Virus record (IMG/VR): IMGVR_UViG_2588253764_000003
DNA: 64,000 nucleotides
Strand: one strand, 5' to 3'
Source: a virus
Taxonomy: Duplodnaviria; Caudoviricetes
In this document: positions 21,121 to 30,885 of the stretch, piece after piece
How the letters are laid out: each line of letters begins with the position of its first letter
Numbering within the stretch: the first letter of the stretch is position 1
Made by a program: the position numbers and the translations under genes
Notes under the pieces: model-generated
What the model was told of the DNA's origin: nothing
Database searches by the model: none
The model's input: only the letters and a program-made list of their open reading frames with translations

Positions 21121-21852
21121 ATGATGCGAAACTTTATTACAACATCTGAAAACAATTTTCAAAACACAACAGTTCAAACAATGTCTAGTCGTGAAATTGC
21201 AGAGTTATGCGGTAAGCAACATGCGCATATTATGCGTGATATTCGGCAAATGTTAGGAGAATTATATCCTGAAGGGGGGTAATCCAAATTTGGATCCACC
21301 TATTTAGATAAACAGAGTAAGCTCCAAAACTGCTACAACCTCCCTAAACGTGAATGCCTCATTTTAGTTTCGGGTTACAGCATGACATTACGTGCTAGGA
21401 TTATAGATCGTTGGCAAGAATTGGAAAAGCAAGCAGTAACACCACAAATCGACTATTCAAGTCCAAAGGCTATGATTGGCTTTTTGAATTACCTACAAGG
21501 TCAAATAGATCAAAAAGACACCAACATTGAAGATTTAACACCAAAAGCCATGGCTCTTGAAAGCTTACAGCGCCATGATGGGCTCTTTGGTCTTACAGAA
21601 GCTGCTAAAATACTCGAGATGCAACCAAAACAATTCATTCAATTCTTACAGCAAAAAGGGTGGATTTACAGACGCGCAGCGGGTGGAAATTTGCTACCGT
21701 ATCAAGACAAAATCCAAAAGCAACTAATGGATTGTCCAACCATCACGTTTCAAACCGCCAGTGGAATAGAAAAAGTCATTCCTTGCGCAAAAATCACAGC
21801 AAAAGGCATTGGTGTGTTGTCTCAAGAACTTAAACGACAAAGCATACATTAA
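21121..21852 (+). pseudogene. Rha + ANT/KilAC antirepressor with premature stop
   Basis: TMSSREIAELCGKQH.HI.RDI, TAA at 21280, then in-frame [19 protein letters not shown] and ANT domain. Confidence 0.8.
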
Positions 21853-21864
21853 GAGGAGGCTATC

Positions 21865-22182
21865 ATGATAAAAAAGAAATATAAACTCACTGATGAAACA
21901 ATCCAAATTGATGGAATAACGCTTTATCGCATACGCGCCTTAAAAGATTTTGATGATGTCAAAGAAGGCGACCTTGGTGGCTTTGTCGAGAGTGAATGGA
22001 ATCTTAGCCATGATGATAATTGCTGGGTTGGAGGCAATGCTTGTATTTATCAAAATGCATATATCTCTGAAAATGCCAAGGTTTATGATGATGCCGAAGT
22101 TTATAATAACGCAAAAGTTCGTGGTAATGCCATAGTAGCCGGCGATACAGCATTTTATGGAAGTGACGCTATTTTAAGGTAG
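21865..22182 (+). CDS. YdcK-like hexapeptide-repeat protein (short)
   Basis: KKY.LTDE...RIRAL.DF.DV..GDLGG...NLSH..NCWV head plus (VYxNAx)n repeats. Confidence 0.8.
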   Translation: MIKKKYKLTDETIQIDGITLYRIRALKDFDDVKEGDLGGFVESEWNLSHDDNCWVGGNACIYQNAYISENAKVYDDAEVYNNAKVRGNAIVAGDTAFYGSDAILR

Positions 22183-22193
22183 GGGGATAAATC

Positions 22194-22763
22194 ATGGAAA
22201 AGAAATACGAACTTACTGATGAAATAAAAGAATTTTATGATGCAAAAACCGATAAAAGTAAAAAACTTTATCGCATACGTGCATTAAGAGATTTTAGAAA
22301 TATTAAAAAAGGTTACTTAGGCGGCTATATACAAAAAGAAGACAACCTATCGCATGAAGGCGATTGTTGGGTTTGGCATAAAGCTATGGTTTATGGTGAC
22401 GCTAAAATTTTCGGCAATGCACAAGTATTTGAACGCGCAAAAATTACAGGCAGGGCGCGTGTTTATGAAAATGCAAAAGTTTGCGGTGAAGCATATGTTG
22501 AATATGATGCGCAAATTTACGGCAATGCACAAATTTATGGTGAGGCTCGAGTTTTGGGCCATGTTTATGGCAATGCCCGTGTCTATGGAGATGCTTATAT
22601 AAGTGATAAAGCACACATTTCCGGAAATATGAAAATTCTAGATGGAGTATATATTTTCGATAATGTAAATATTTTTGGTAATCTTGAAATTCGTGGACGC
22701 AATTCAATCATCTGCGAAAGTGACTATTCAGCAAGCGATATAAGCTACATAAGCCGTTTCTAG
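22194..22763 (+). CDS. YdcK-like hexapeptide-repeat protein
   Basis: Same head domain and VYGNA repeats. Confidence 0.8.
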   Translation: MEKKYELTDEIKEFYDAKTDKSKKLYRIRALRDFRNIKKGYLGGYIQKEDNLSHEGDCWVWHKAMVYGDAKIFGNAQVFERAKITGRARVYENAKVCGEAYVEYDAQIYGNAQIYGEARVLGHVYGNARVYGDAYISDKAHISGNMKILDGVYIFDNVNIFGNLEIRGRNSIICESDYSASDISYISRF

Positions 22764-22836
22764 CAACACAAACCAACTTTTAACACATGCGTGATTCACG
22801 CCACGGGTGAATTGCGCTCCAATGGAGGAAAGCAAA

Positions 22837-23658
22837 ATGAATGAACAAAACACGAACTTAACAGAAGTAAACAAAACAAACGATTATGAAATCAAACCTA
22901 CAGCTATGGAACTTATTTTAGAAAGAGCTTTAGAAAATGATGTTAATCTGGATCGTCTCAAGAGCCTTCTCGAATTACGAGAAAAGGAGATAGAACGACA
23001 AGAGCGCAAGAACTTTGTTCGTGATCTTTCTACTATGCAAATGGAATATCAAAAAATACATAAAAATGCTACAAACACCCATACAAATAGCCAATATGCT
23101 ACGCTTGATAAATATCTTGATGCCATAAAGGATAGTCTTTCAAAATATCGCTTTTCCTTGTTTTCTCGTATCAAAGAGCAGAATTCAAATGCCATAACTG
23201 TAGAAATGACTTTAAAGCATATATCAGGCAATGAAATATCAACACAAGGAACATTTCCTTTTGACACTACAGGGAGTAAAAACAACGTACAAGCAGTTGG
23301 TTCTACAATCACGTACGCACGTAGATATCTCTTAGGTATGCTTCTTAATATTGTGAGTGAAGATGATGATACAGATGGAAATCCCCCTATCAAAAAGGCA
23401 TTTCCGCAGCAAATCAATGAAATCAGAAGACTCATAGTGCAAACCCAATCAGAAGAAGCAAAGGTACTTGATTATGTGAAAGTCGAAAATCTTGCCGATA
23501 TGTCTGAGGGACAAGCCCAAATCGTTTTGCATCTTTTGAAAGATAAACAAAACAAGCAAAAGGCTCCAAAAGAACAATCTCTTCCACAACAAAAGAAGAT
23601 AGACGCACCTATACAAGATATTGAATATGCACCAACACAACAACAAACGGCGGTGTGA
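22837..23658 (+). CDS. ERF-family ssDNA annealing protein
   Basis: YATLD, QAVGSTITYARRY.L...L.I..EDDDTDG. Confidence 0.9.
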   Translation: MNEQNTNLTEVNKTNDYEIKPTAMELILERALENDVNLDRLKSLLELREKEIERQERKNFVRDLSTMQMEYQKIHKNATNTHTNSQYATLDKYLDAIKDSLSKYRFSLFSRIKEQNSNAITVEMTLKHISGNEISTQGTFPFDTTGSKNNVQAVGSTITYARRYLLGMLLNIVSEDDDTDGNPPIKKAFPQQINEIRRLIVQTQSEEAKVLDYVKVENLADMSEGQAQIVLHLLKDKQNKQKAPKEQSLPQQKKIDAPIQDIEYAPTQQQTAV

Positions 23659-23659
23659 A

Positions 23660-24283
23660 ATGAAACAAAGAACAGAAGAATGGTTTCAAGCCCGTCTAGG
23701 CAAAGTCACCGCATCAAACGTTTATAATGTACTCAGTAAAACAGCGAGGGGAACCCCTACAAGCAAATATGAGAACTATAAAATCCAACTTATGACAGAG
23801 CGATTAGCAGAGAAAGTAAACCAGTTTTATACGACACCTGCTATGCAATGGGGCATTGAACATGAAGAAGATGCCTTGAGAGAATATGAATTCATTTATG
23901 ACACGATTGTCACAAGATGCGGATTTATCGAACATCCCACAATCAAAATGGCTGGTGCAAGCCCTGATGGTTTTATTGGCGATGACGGTTTAGTTGAAGT
24001 CAAATGCCCGCAAAAAAATACTCACCTGCGCTTTTTTATAGATGACAATATAAAGCCCGAATATAGTGCGCAAATGCAGTTCCAAATGGCTTGCACTGGA
24101 CGAAAATGGTGTGATTTCATTAGCTATAATCCGCATTTTGTAGGCAAATCACTTCACTTGCGCATGAAAATCAAACGCATCCACCGTGATGAAGAACAAA
24201 TTGAACAGATTAATCAAGCGATTGAAGTCTTTTTAGAGGAAATAGAGCAAGAGATGGAAAAGATCTCGACAAAAGCTGCATGA
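23660..24283 (+). CDS. YqaJ/lambda-type exonuclease
   Basis: QRT.EWFQARLGKVTAS, GASPDG, EVKCP, QMQFQM. Confidence 0.92.
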   Translation: MKQRTEEWFQARLGKVTASNVYNVLSKTARGTPTSKYENYKIQLMTERLAEKVNQFYTTPAMQWGIEHEEDALREYEFIYDTIVTRCGFIEHPTIKMAGASPDGFIGDDGLVEVKCPQKNTHLRFFIDDNIKPEYSAQMQFQMACTGRKWCDFISYNPHFVGKSLHLRMKIKRIHRDEEQIEQINQAIEVFLEEIEQEMEKISTKAA

Positions 24284-24289
24284 AGTTAT

Positions 24290-24318
24290 GGGGGTGCTCT
24301 CTCCTCCCAGCACCCCCA
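24290..24318 (+). terminator. GC hairpin after exonuclease
   Basis: GGGGGTGCT...AGCACCCCC; same stem after the paralog at 26101-26138. Confidence 0.5.
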
Positions 24319-24361
24319 CCCATTTAAGTAATAAGTAATATAAAAATAGAAAGATAATGAG

Positions 24362-24565
24362 ATGATATTTGATGATGGCGATAGATATGTAACAACCCGT
24401 GAATGTGCACAGCTTTTTAGTGTATCAACCACAACGATTCGCAATTGGGTGCTTCAAGGGGAGTTTCCGCAACCCTATAAGCTAGGAAGAGCCGTAAGAT
24501 GGAGAAAAAAGGAGATCTTAGCCTTTACTCCAAAGAAAAATAGGGAACAAACAACAACAAATTAA
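24362..24565 (+). CDS. AlpA-family excisionase/regulator
   Basis: S.TTIRNWV..G.FP.P.KLGRAVRW. Confidence 0.85.
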   Translation: MIFDDGDRYVTTRECAQLFSVSTTTIRNWVLQGEFPQPYKLGRAVRWRKKEILAFTPKKNREQTTTN

Positions 24566-24652
24566 GTAAAATTGTATAAACTACAAGAGGTGGTCTGAAA
24601 ATTACTGTTTAAAGGAAAAATATATGTATTTTAATAACTTAAATAAAAAAAA

Positions 24653-24668
24653 TGGTGCCCCCAGAGAG
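24653..24668 (-). other. tRNA 3'-end remnant, probable att site
   Basis: Minus strand CTCTCTGGGGGCACCA about 90 bp beyond the integrase stop. Confidence 0.65.
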
Positions 24669-24758
24669 CGAAAAGAAAGCAAATAAAATCAAAAAATTAT
24701 GTTGAATGTAAGGGAATACCCGAGTCTTGATTCTATTACGTTTTTTTGTCTCTACTCC

Positions 24759-25802
24759 CTAACTTTTTTGGAGCTTTTTTATAGCTTCAAGAGCTAGTCT
24801 TTTACGATCTGCGCTCTTTGTATAAAGAGATGCCATTTGATCTTCTGTCCAGCCAAAAATTGCTTTGAGTTGTGAAACTGTTGCTCCAGAATTTGCTGCG
24901 CGTGTAGCTGCTAATTTTCTCAATCCATGGGCTGATTTTTTAATTCCAGCCGCATTACAAGCGTCTCTAAATGCATTACCAAAGCTTTCTTTGATAAATT
25001 TTTGATTAGTTTTACTACAGATAAATGTTTCATTTCCAATAGGACCAATTTTAAGAGTCTCTGCTAATTCTGGTAAAATAGGCAGAAAAACATCTGTTTG
25101 ATATTTGCTTTTCTCTGTCTTGAGGTGAATGATATTATCTTTGACGTTTTTCCAACCAATACGAACCGCATCACCACGGCGCAAACCCGTGTAAAGAAGA
25201 ACATCAATCCAAACCCGTTCATGGGTACCATGTGACCAGCGTTGGTAATATTTCTCAACATCATCTTCTGTCCAAACAGCAAATCCGTCTTTATTGTTAA
25301 GAGCTGGTCTTTTTACTCCTACTGTTGGATTACTTTCCAAAAGACCTTGGTCAATCGCCCAATTAAAAAGTCCATTAAGTGCTTTCAGAAAGTTTCTAGC
25401 CATTGCCGGTGTTTCTTTACGGCGTTCAACACCGGCTACGATATGTTTTTTTTCAATTGCTTGGTATGGGATATTTCCTATGCTATCGCATACCTTCATA
25501 AGAATGAGTTCTTTTTGTCTTTTCGTAGCTTTAGCAAGGCAATACCAATCAGAGCTATTAAAATATTGTTTAAGCAGCCATGCAAATGACCCTTCAATCA
25601 GTTTTCCGGTTTTAGGTTTTGGAGGGATTATGCCTTGTAATTCGGCAAGTGCGCTTTTGTAGTTGTCAACAAACTCTTGCGTTCCATAGGTTCCGCGTAT
25701 TCGAATACGTTTTCCATGACCAATACGTACATACCATATGATTTTGTTATGGCGTGTGACTTCTTTTAGAAGATAGGGGGGGCGTGGTTTAGGCATGATC
25801 AA
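24759..25802 (-). CDS. int: Tyrosine integrase (prophage B)
   Basis: TGLRRGD, HGLRK, FGW...M..LY catalytic motifs. Confidence 0.93.
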   Translation of the reverse strand: MIMPKPRPPYLLKEVTRHNKIIWYVRIGHGKRIRIRGTYGTQEFVDNYKSALAELQGIIPPKPKTGKLIEGSFAWLLKQYFNSSDWYCLAKATKRQKELILMKVCDSIGNIPYQAIEKKHIVAGVERRKETPAMARNFLKALNGLFNWAIDQGLLESNPTVGVKRPALNNKDGFAVWTEDDVEKYYQRWSHGTHERVWIDVLLYTGLRRGDAVRIGWKNVKDNIIHLKTEKSKYQTDVFLPILPELAETLKIGPIGNETFICSKTNQKFIKESFGNAFRDACNAAGIKKSAHGLRKLAATRAANSGATVSQLKAIFGWTEDQMASLYTKSADRKRLALEAIKKLQKS

Positions 25803-25804
25803 TT

Positions 25805-26023
25805 TTACATCTTAGAGAGTGCGATTTCGTAATATTCATTCTTTGACAAATCTAAAAGTGTGTCTGGATGGCTAACGGAATTTGGTATTGGAATATCTGC
25901 TTTCAGATAGATAAGCAGTTCACCGGTAGGTTTGATTTCTATGAGTTCGCAGCCTTGCTTTTTTGCTTCTCTTAAAGCTCGTGCAATGTCTGCTTGCGTT
26001 ATGATAGCTTTACGAGGCGCCAT
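25805..26023 (-). CDS. Small protein upstream of integrase (excisionase-like)
   Basis: MAPRKAIITQADIARALREAKK; AGGAG RBS; position. Confidence 0.6.
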   Translation of the reverse strand: MAPRKAIITQADIARALREAKKQGCELIEIKPTGELLIYLKADIPIPNSVSHPDTLLDLSKNEYYEIALSKM

Positions 26024-26144
26024 ATCTCTTCTCCTTACATTGAGACGCAATTCACTCGTGTGGTGAGTCACGAATTGATTAAAAATTGTTAGGAAAGGGT
26101 GGGGGTGCTAGGAGGCGTTGGTGAGGATAAGCACCCCCATAGTT

Positions 26145-26768
26145 TCAAGCGGCTTTTATTGAGATTCTTTGTATCTCTTGTTCTATTTCTGCTAAAAAGG
26201 CTTCGACGGCTTGATTAATCTGTTCAATTTGTTTGTCATCACGGTAGATGCGTTTGATTTTCATACGCAAGTGAGATGAATCCCCCGCAAAACGCGGGTC
26301 ATAACTGATAAAATCACACCATTTTCGCTCTGTACAAGCCATTTGGAATTGCATTTGCGCATGATATTCTGGTTTAATTTCATCATCTATACAAAAGCGT
26401 AAATGGTTGATTGATTGTGGACATTTGATTTCGATTAAACCGTTTTCACCAATAAGCCCATCAGGGCTAGCCCCCGCCATTTTGATTGTGGGGTGTTGGA
26501 TAAAACCACATTGAGTGATTTCTGTATCATAAATGAATGCATATTCTTTTAGAGCATCTTCTTCATGTTCAATGCCCCATTGCATAGCCGGCGTTGGATA
26601 AGATTGGCTTATTTCACCCGTTAAACGCTCTGTCATAAGTTTGATTTTGTAATCTTCATATTTGCTTGTAGGAGTTCCCTTTGCTGTTTTACTAATGACG
26701 TTATAAACGTTTGAAGCGGTGACTTTACCTAACCGTGCTTGAAACCATTGTGCTGTTCTTTGTTCCAT
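26145..26768 (-). CDS. YqaJ/lambda-type exonuclease
   Basis: Close paralog of 23660..24283. Confidence 0.92.
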   Translation of the reverse strand: MEQRTAQWFQARLGKVTASNVYNVISKTAKGTPTSKYEDYKIKLMTERLTGEISQSYPTPAMQWGIEHEEDALKEYAFIYDTEITQCGFIQHPTIKMAGASPDGLIGENGLIEIKCPQSINHLRFCIDDEIKPEYHAQMQFQMACTERKWCDFISYDPRFAGDSSHLRMKIKRIYRDDKQIEQINQAVEAFLAEIEQEIQRISIKAA

Positions 26769-26769
26769 C

Positions 26770-27585
26770 TCACACCGCCGTTTGTTGTTGAGTTGGTGCA
26801 TATTCGATATCTTGGATATGAATATATTCGGCATCTTGTATAGGCGCGTCTATTTGCTCTTGTTGCGGGTGAGATTGTAGAGCTCTTTCTCTTTGAATGT
26901 TTTTCCTTTTTTCCAAAAGCGCCAAAACCTCTTGTGCTTTTTCACAAGACAGATCTGTTAAGTTTTCTACATTTGCGTAAGAAAGAAGATTATTTTCGTT
27001 CGTTCCAGTCTCTTTAATTAACTCTTTGATTTGTTCAAGCATGTCATAAGAAATGAGTTGTACTGGTGTGGTATTATTAATACGAGCCGCTTCATCTTCT
27101 TCATAAATACCGGAAAAACCGAAAGCATAGCGTGCACATTGTATAGTTGCTTTATGACGTAACATGCGTGCTGGATATTTTCCCCATAGGTCACTGTTTT
27201 CTTTTTTACATTCCGATAAATATTCAGTGACCTCGATAGGATCTTTAATGCCTTTGAGACGAATAGCGCATTTGATAGCAATCAACTTACCGTCTTTATC
27301 GAGTTGATCTTGAAAAGTCATGCCATCGAATTGAGAATTAGATTTGATGATTTTAATCCACCCATCAATAGAGACAACAGGGATAATACCGCCGCCTTTT
27401 TTAGGGAATGCATAGATTTCTTTTGTTAATGGGTTTAATCCATAAGTATTGGCAACAGAGATAAAAGCAGCGAATTCTTCATCAGAGAAGTTATGATTGA
27501 TACATGTTTTGATAATTGTTTTACGAAATTCATCATGAGAAAACCCATATTTTTTTGCCATAGTGGCTAATTGTGCATTTGTCAT
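26770..27585 (-). CDS. bet: Bet/RecT-family recombinase
   Basis: YGLNPLTKEIYAFP.KGG.I.PVVSIDGW...P.RMLRHKA.IQCARYAFGFSGIY. Confidence 0.92.
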   Translation of the reverse strand: MTNAQLATMAKKYGFSHDEFRKTIIKTCINHNFSDEEFAAFISVANTYGLNPLTKEIYAFPKKGGGIIPVVSIDGWIKIIKSNSQFDGMTFQDQLDKDGKLIAIKCAIRLKGIKDPIEVTEYLSECKKENSDLWGKYPARMLRHKATIQCARYAFGFSGIYEEDEAARINNTTPVQLISYDMLEQIKELIKETGTNENNLLSYANVENLTDLSCEKAQEVLALLEKRKNIQRERALQSHPQQEQIDAPIQDAEYIHIQDIEYAPTQQQTAV

Positions 27586-27661
27586 TATTGTTTCCTTGAT
27601 TTGCGCGCAATTCCCCCGTGGCGTGAATCACGCTTGTGTTAAAAGTTGTTTGGTTTGGTTG

Positions 27662-28192
27662 TTAGAAAGGATTGTAATCCTCTGTTGAAGGTTTGCGGTT
27701 ATCGCCAATCATGGCTAGTCCAGAAAGTTCAAAGTCTCCATAAACATTTACATAACCACAGACCAATACCTTGTCGTAAATTTTTGTATTTCCGTAGATA
27801 GATGCACCGCAGCAAGCTTTTGCATTTCCATAAATCTGCGCATTTTCATAAATCACTGTACCGGAAACACATGCGTTGTCGTAGATACGTGCATTATCGG
27901 AAACTTTAGCACCATTGGTAACCTGCGCATTACCAAAAACCTTGGCATTTTTACTAACTTGCGAGGCAACATCAACTATCGCATTATCACAAACTACAGC
28001 ATCATCATAAACAGCGGACAAACCACGAACCCAACAATTTCCATTATGCGAGAGGTTTCTTTCGTGCTCTACAAAACCACCTAAATCACCAGCCTTTACA
28101 TCTCCAAAATCTCTCAATGCACGAATGCGATAAGTTAACTTATTTCCGTATATCCAAGTTGTCTCATCAGTAAGTTCGTATTTTTTTTCCAT
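27662..28192 (-). CDS. YdcK-like hexapeptide-repeat protein
   Basis: Conserved head plus hexapeptide repeats. Confidence 0.8.
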   Translation of the reverse strand: MEKKYELTDETTWIYGNKLTYRIRALRDFGDVKAGDLGGFVEHERNLSHNGNCWVRGLSAVYDDAVVCDNAIVDVASQVSKNAKVFGNAQVTNGAKVSDNARIYDNACVSGTVIYENAQIYGNAKACCGASIYGNTKIYDKVLVCGYVNVYGDFELSGLAMIGDNRKPSTEDYNPF

Positions 28193-28195
28193 GGT

Positions 28196-28663
28196 TTATT
28201 GCTTCTCACGATCTAAGATCACGGTGGATCCACTAATTTTACAATCTCCAGCAATGTCTACACGACAGCGAATATATGCTTGATTATAAATTTTAGCATT
28301 TCCGTAAACGTGTACACTCCCCCCTATAACAGAATTTTCATAAATCCGTGCATAGCCATAAATTTTGGCATTATCTCTAACAGAAGAACCACCAACTTCG
28401 GCATAATCGGAAACTTGTGCATTTTCAGAAACGAGTGCATTCCCATAAATCCGCGCATCACCATAAACTTTGGCATTATCATAAACTTGTGCATTGCCAA
28501 AAATCCAACAGTCTCCCTTATGGCTTAAGTTGCTCTCTTTTTGTATAAAACCACCAAGGTCACCTTTTTTGACATATCCAAAATCTTTTAATGCACGTAT
28601 GCGGTGTAGAGTATGTCTATTAACTTCGATTGTCTCATCAGTCAGTTCGTACTTCTTTTCCAT
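28196..28663 (-). CDS. YdcK-like hexapeptide-repeat protein
   Basis: Conserved head plus hexapeptide repeats. Confidence 0.8.
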   Translation of the reverse strand: MEKKYELTDETIEVNRHTLHRIRALKDFGYVKKGDLGGFIQKESNLSHKGDCWIFGNAQVYDNAKVYGDARIYGNALVSENAQVSDYAEVGGSSVRDNAKIYGYARIYENSVIGGSVHVYGNAKIYNQAYIRCRVDIAGDCKISGSTVILDREKQ

Positions 28664-28677
28664 GGTTTATTTCCTTA

Positions 28678-29424
28678 TTAATGCATGTTTTGTCGTTTCA
28701 TTTCTTGAGACAGTACCCCCATGCCTTTTGTGGTAATTTTAGCAGCTGGTACGACTTTTTCTGTTCCTTCTGTTGTTTGAATGGTGTGTGTAGGACAATC
28801 CATAAGACCTTTTTGGATTTTATCTTGATAAGGCAACAAAGGAGCCCCGAAAGTGCGTCGATACACCCATCCTTTTTTCTGTAGGAACTGAATGAACTGT
28901 TTTGGTTGCATTTCGAGAATTTTAGCCGCTTCAGTAAGACCGAAGAGCCCATCAGAGCGTTGCAAGCTTTCCAAAGCCATTGCTTTTGGTTTTAAATATT
29001 CAATGATAGTATCTTGTTGATCTATTTGTCCTTGTAGGTAATTCAAAAAGCCCATCATAGCTTTTGGACTTGAATAGTCGATTTGTTGTGGTATTGCTGC
29101 CTGCTTTGCACGTCGCTCGCATTCGATAAAGTATAAACGAGCTTGTTTTCCTTTTTCATTACGCTCTACCATGGAAAGTTCTTTTGCCATGTCTAATGTG
29201 AGAGCATAATCTTTAGAGGGACGACCACCTTGGAGGTTTTTCCCCAAATTGGGAAAAACTATATAATCTCTGTTTTCGACAAAATCATATTTGTTAATGC
29301 GTTCCATAATCCAGTCTGCAAACTTTTTACCTACTTCTAAAAAGGCATGCAATTCACGTGCGTTGACTGTTTGAACGCTTTCTTCGTTAATGGTGTTATT
29401 TGTAATAGCAATAGGATTATCCAT
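28678..29424 (-). CDS. Phage antirepressor (AntA/AntB + ANT/KilAC)
   Basis: VNARELHAFL, LTLDMAKELSMVE; TEAAK...KITTKG. Confidence 0.9.
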   Translation of the reverse strand: MDNPIAITNNTINEESVQTVNARELHAFLEVGKKFADWIMERINKYDFVENRDYIVFPNLGKNLQGGRPSKDYALTLDMAKELSMVERNEKGKQARLYFIECERRAKQAAIPQQIDYSSPKAMMGFLNYLQGQIDQQDTIIEYLKPKAMALESLQRSDGLFGLTEAAKILEMQPKQFIQFLQKKGWVYRRTFGAPLLPYQDKIQKGLMDCPTHTIQTTEGTEKVVPAAKITTKGMGVLSQEMKRQNMH

Positions 29425-29472
29425 AAGTTTACTCCATCCGATAATTGAATAAGAGGAAAGAGGAGGGCGCTG

Positions 29473-29949
29473 TTAAAAACGCCCTCTGTAGTGTGTATAG
29501 TATGGGTAGTTTGGAATGACATCCGAAAGAGTTAGACGGTGCTGCTGTTCATAAGTACCGTAAGTTTCATCTTCATATCGCTGCTGTTCGATTTCTTCTA
29601 AAAAAAAATCGTATGCGGAGCTGTGTAGAACAAAGTCGTGAGGTATATTTCCATTGAAGCACTGTTCTTCACGTTCTTTAAGATAGCATTCGGCAAGATC
29701 TTCAGAAATATCTTCACAACGATTAGTTGTTGGTTCCACACGGAAGATTTGAACAGCATTATCGGCTTGGTCGATAAATTTGATCATATCACTTTCTTCT
29801 AAGAAAGGACCCGATTTAGCGAGATTTTGTTCTTCATTTTCGCAGATGACTAAGAGAATTTCATCAGAATTTATAAACACTGGTTTTTTCACAAATGCCT
29901 CCATACAGCCTATTGGCAATGGTTGTTTTTTACGATATGGAGTGAACAT
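29473..29949 (-). CDS. Hypothetical acidic phage protein
   Basis: Paralog of 20315..20689; true start probably downstream. Confidence 0.65.
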   Translation of the reverse strand: MFTPYRKKQPLPIGCMEAFVKKPVFINSDEILLVICENEEQNLAKSGPFLEESDMIKFIDQADNAVQIFRVEPTTNRCEDISEDLAECYLKEREEQCFNGNIPHDFVLHSSAYDFFLEEIEQQRYEDETYGTYEQQHRLTLSDVIPNYPYYTHYRGRF

Positions 29950-29954
29950 ATTTT

Positions 29955-30530
29955 CGTTTTACGGTAATGTCAATATCAAAAATACCGTATTACGAAAATT
30001 ATTTTATGAATATTTATCTAAATTAGTGTATTTTTTTATAGATATTTGGAGATTTTATGAAAGGTTATAAGATTGCAAAAAGAAAATTTTCACAATTATC
30101 AAATGAAGAAAAAATAGCAACTATCGCTTTTTTGATTCGATTAAAGTATGAAGAAACGCTAAAGTTGCCCTCCGTTCTTCTTCATTACAAGACGAATATA
30201 GATCATAAAAATCTTGATCTATTTTGCTTAAAGCAGGATACGGAGGATACTCCTTAAAGAAACTGTGTAGATTCACTAGCTCTTCTGCGGTGATATCACG
30301 GTAGGCTTTAGAGTCAGAGTCATCAATCGATAATAAGCGCGTAATAGATGATGGACTCAATCCTAAATGTTGCCCTAAAGCCTTACGGCTTCCATGCCCC
30401 ATTTCATTTAATTTTTCATTAATCCACACTTTTATTAGCTTTTGAAAATCCATTTTATTTTTCTCTATTAAAATTATTAAATAATCAATGTTGCGTATTA
30501 CGAAAATTTTGTTTATATTTGCGTAATACG
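29955..30530. promoter_or_regulatory. Putative prophage B operators (CGTAWTACG) flanking the repressor
   Basis: CGTATTACG 29986-29994 and 30494-30502, CGTAATACG 30522-30530, CGTTTTACG 29955-29963. Confidence 0.6.
30121..30453 (-). CDS. Short HTH repressor without peptidase domain
   Basis: KALGQHLGLSPSSITRLL HTH; occupies the CI position. Confidence 0.7.
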   Translation of the reverse strand: MDFQKLIKVWINEKLNEMGHGSRKALGQHLGLSPSSITRLLSIDDSDSKAYRDITAEELVNLHSFFKEYPPYPALSKIDQDFYDLYSSCNEEERRATLAFLHTLIESKKR

Positions 30531-30559
30531 TAAATATATGACAGAAAATTTTGGATTAC

Positions 30560-30877
30560 ATGATTACTCCAGCAGTTATGATTATAAAGTATTTAGGCGG
30601 TGCAAAGCGTGTGTCGTTGATTTCTCAATGCCATGTGTCTGCTGTTTATAAATGGACTTATCCTTTTGAAAAGCGAGAGGGTAAAGGCGGCATTATCCCA
30701 GCTAAATACCAAATTGTACTTTTAAATTATGCGCGTGAACATGGGATAGATTTGCGTCCCGAAGATTTTTTTTATCCCGAGCGCTTGCAGTCATTAATGC
30801 AAGAGCAACGCCCCCCATTGTCGAAAATTTGCAAGAGCTGCGGTGTTGATCCCACCGGCGAGACTTTGCAGCATTAA
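30560..30877 (+). CDS. Cro-like HTH protein
   Basis: II..LGG...V......SAVYKW......G.GG.IP..Y...LL..A...GI.L. Confidence 0.7.
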   Translation: MITPAVMIIKYLGGAKRVSLISQCHVSAVYKWTYPFEKREGKGGIIPAKYQIVLLNYAREHGIDLRPEDFFYPERLQSLMQEQRPPLSKICKSCGVDPTGETLQH

Positions 30878-30885
30878 GGAGCTTA

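Noticed and set aside
24653-24668. Complete tRNA gene (also considered at 4385-4400)
   Set aside because: Only ~16 nt of acceptor/T-stem end is present and no cloverleaf; treated as att remnants of unassigned isotype
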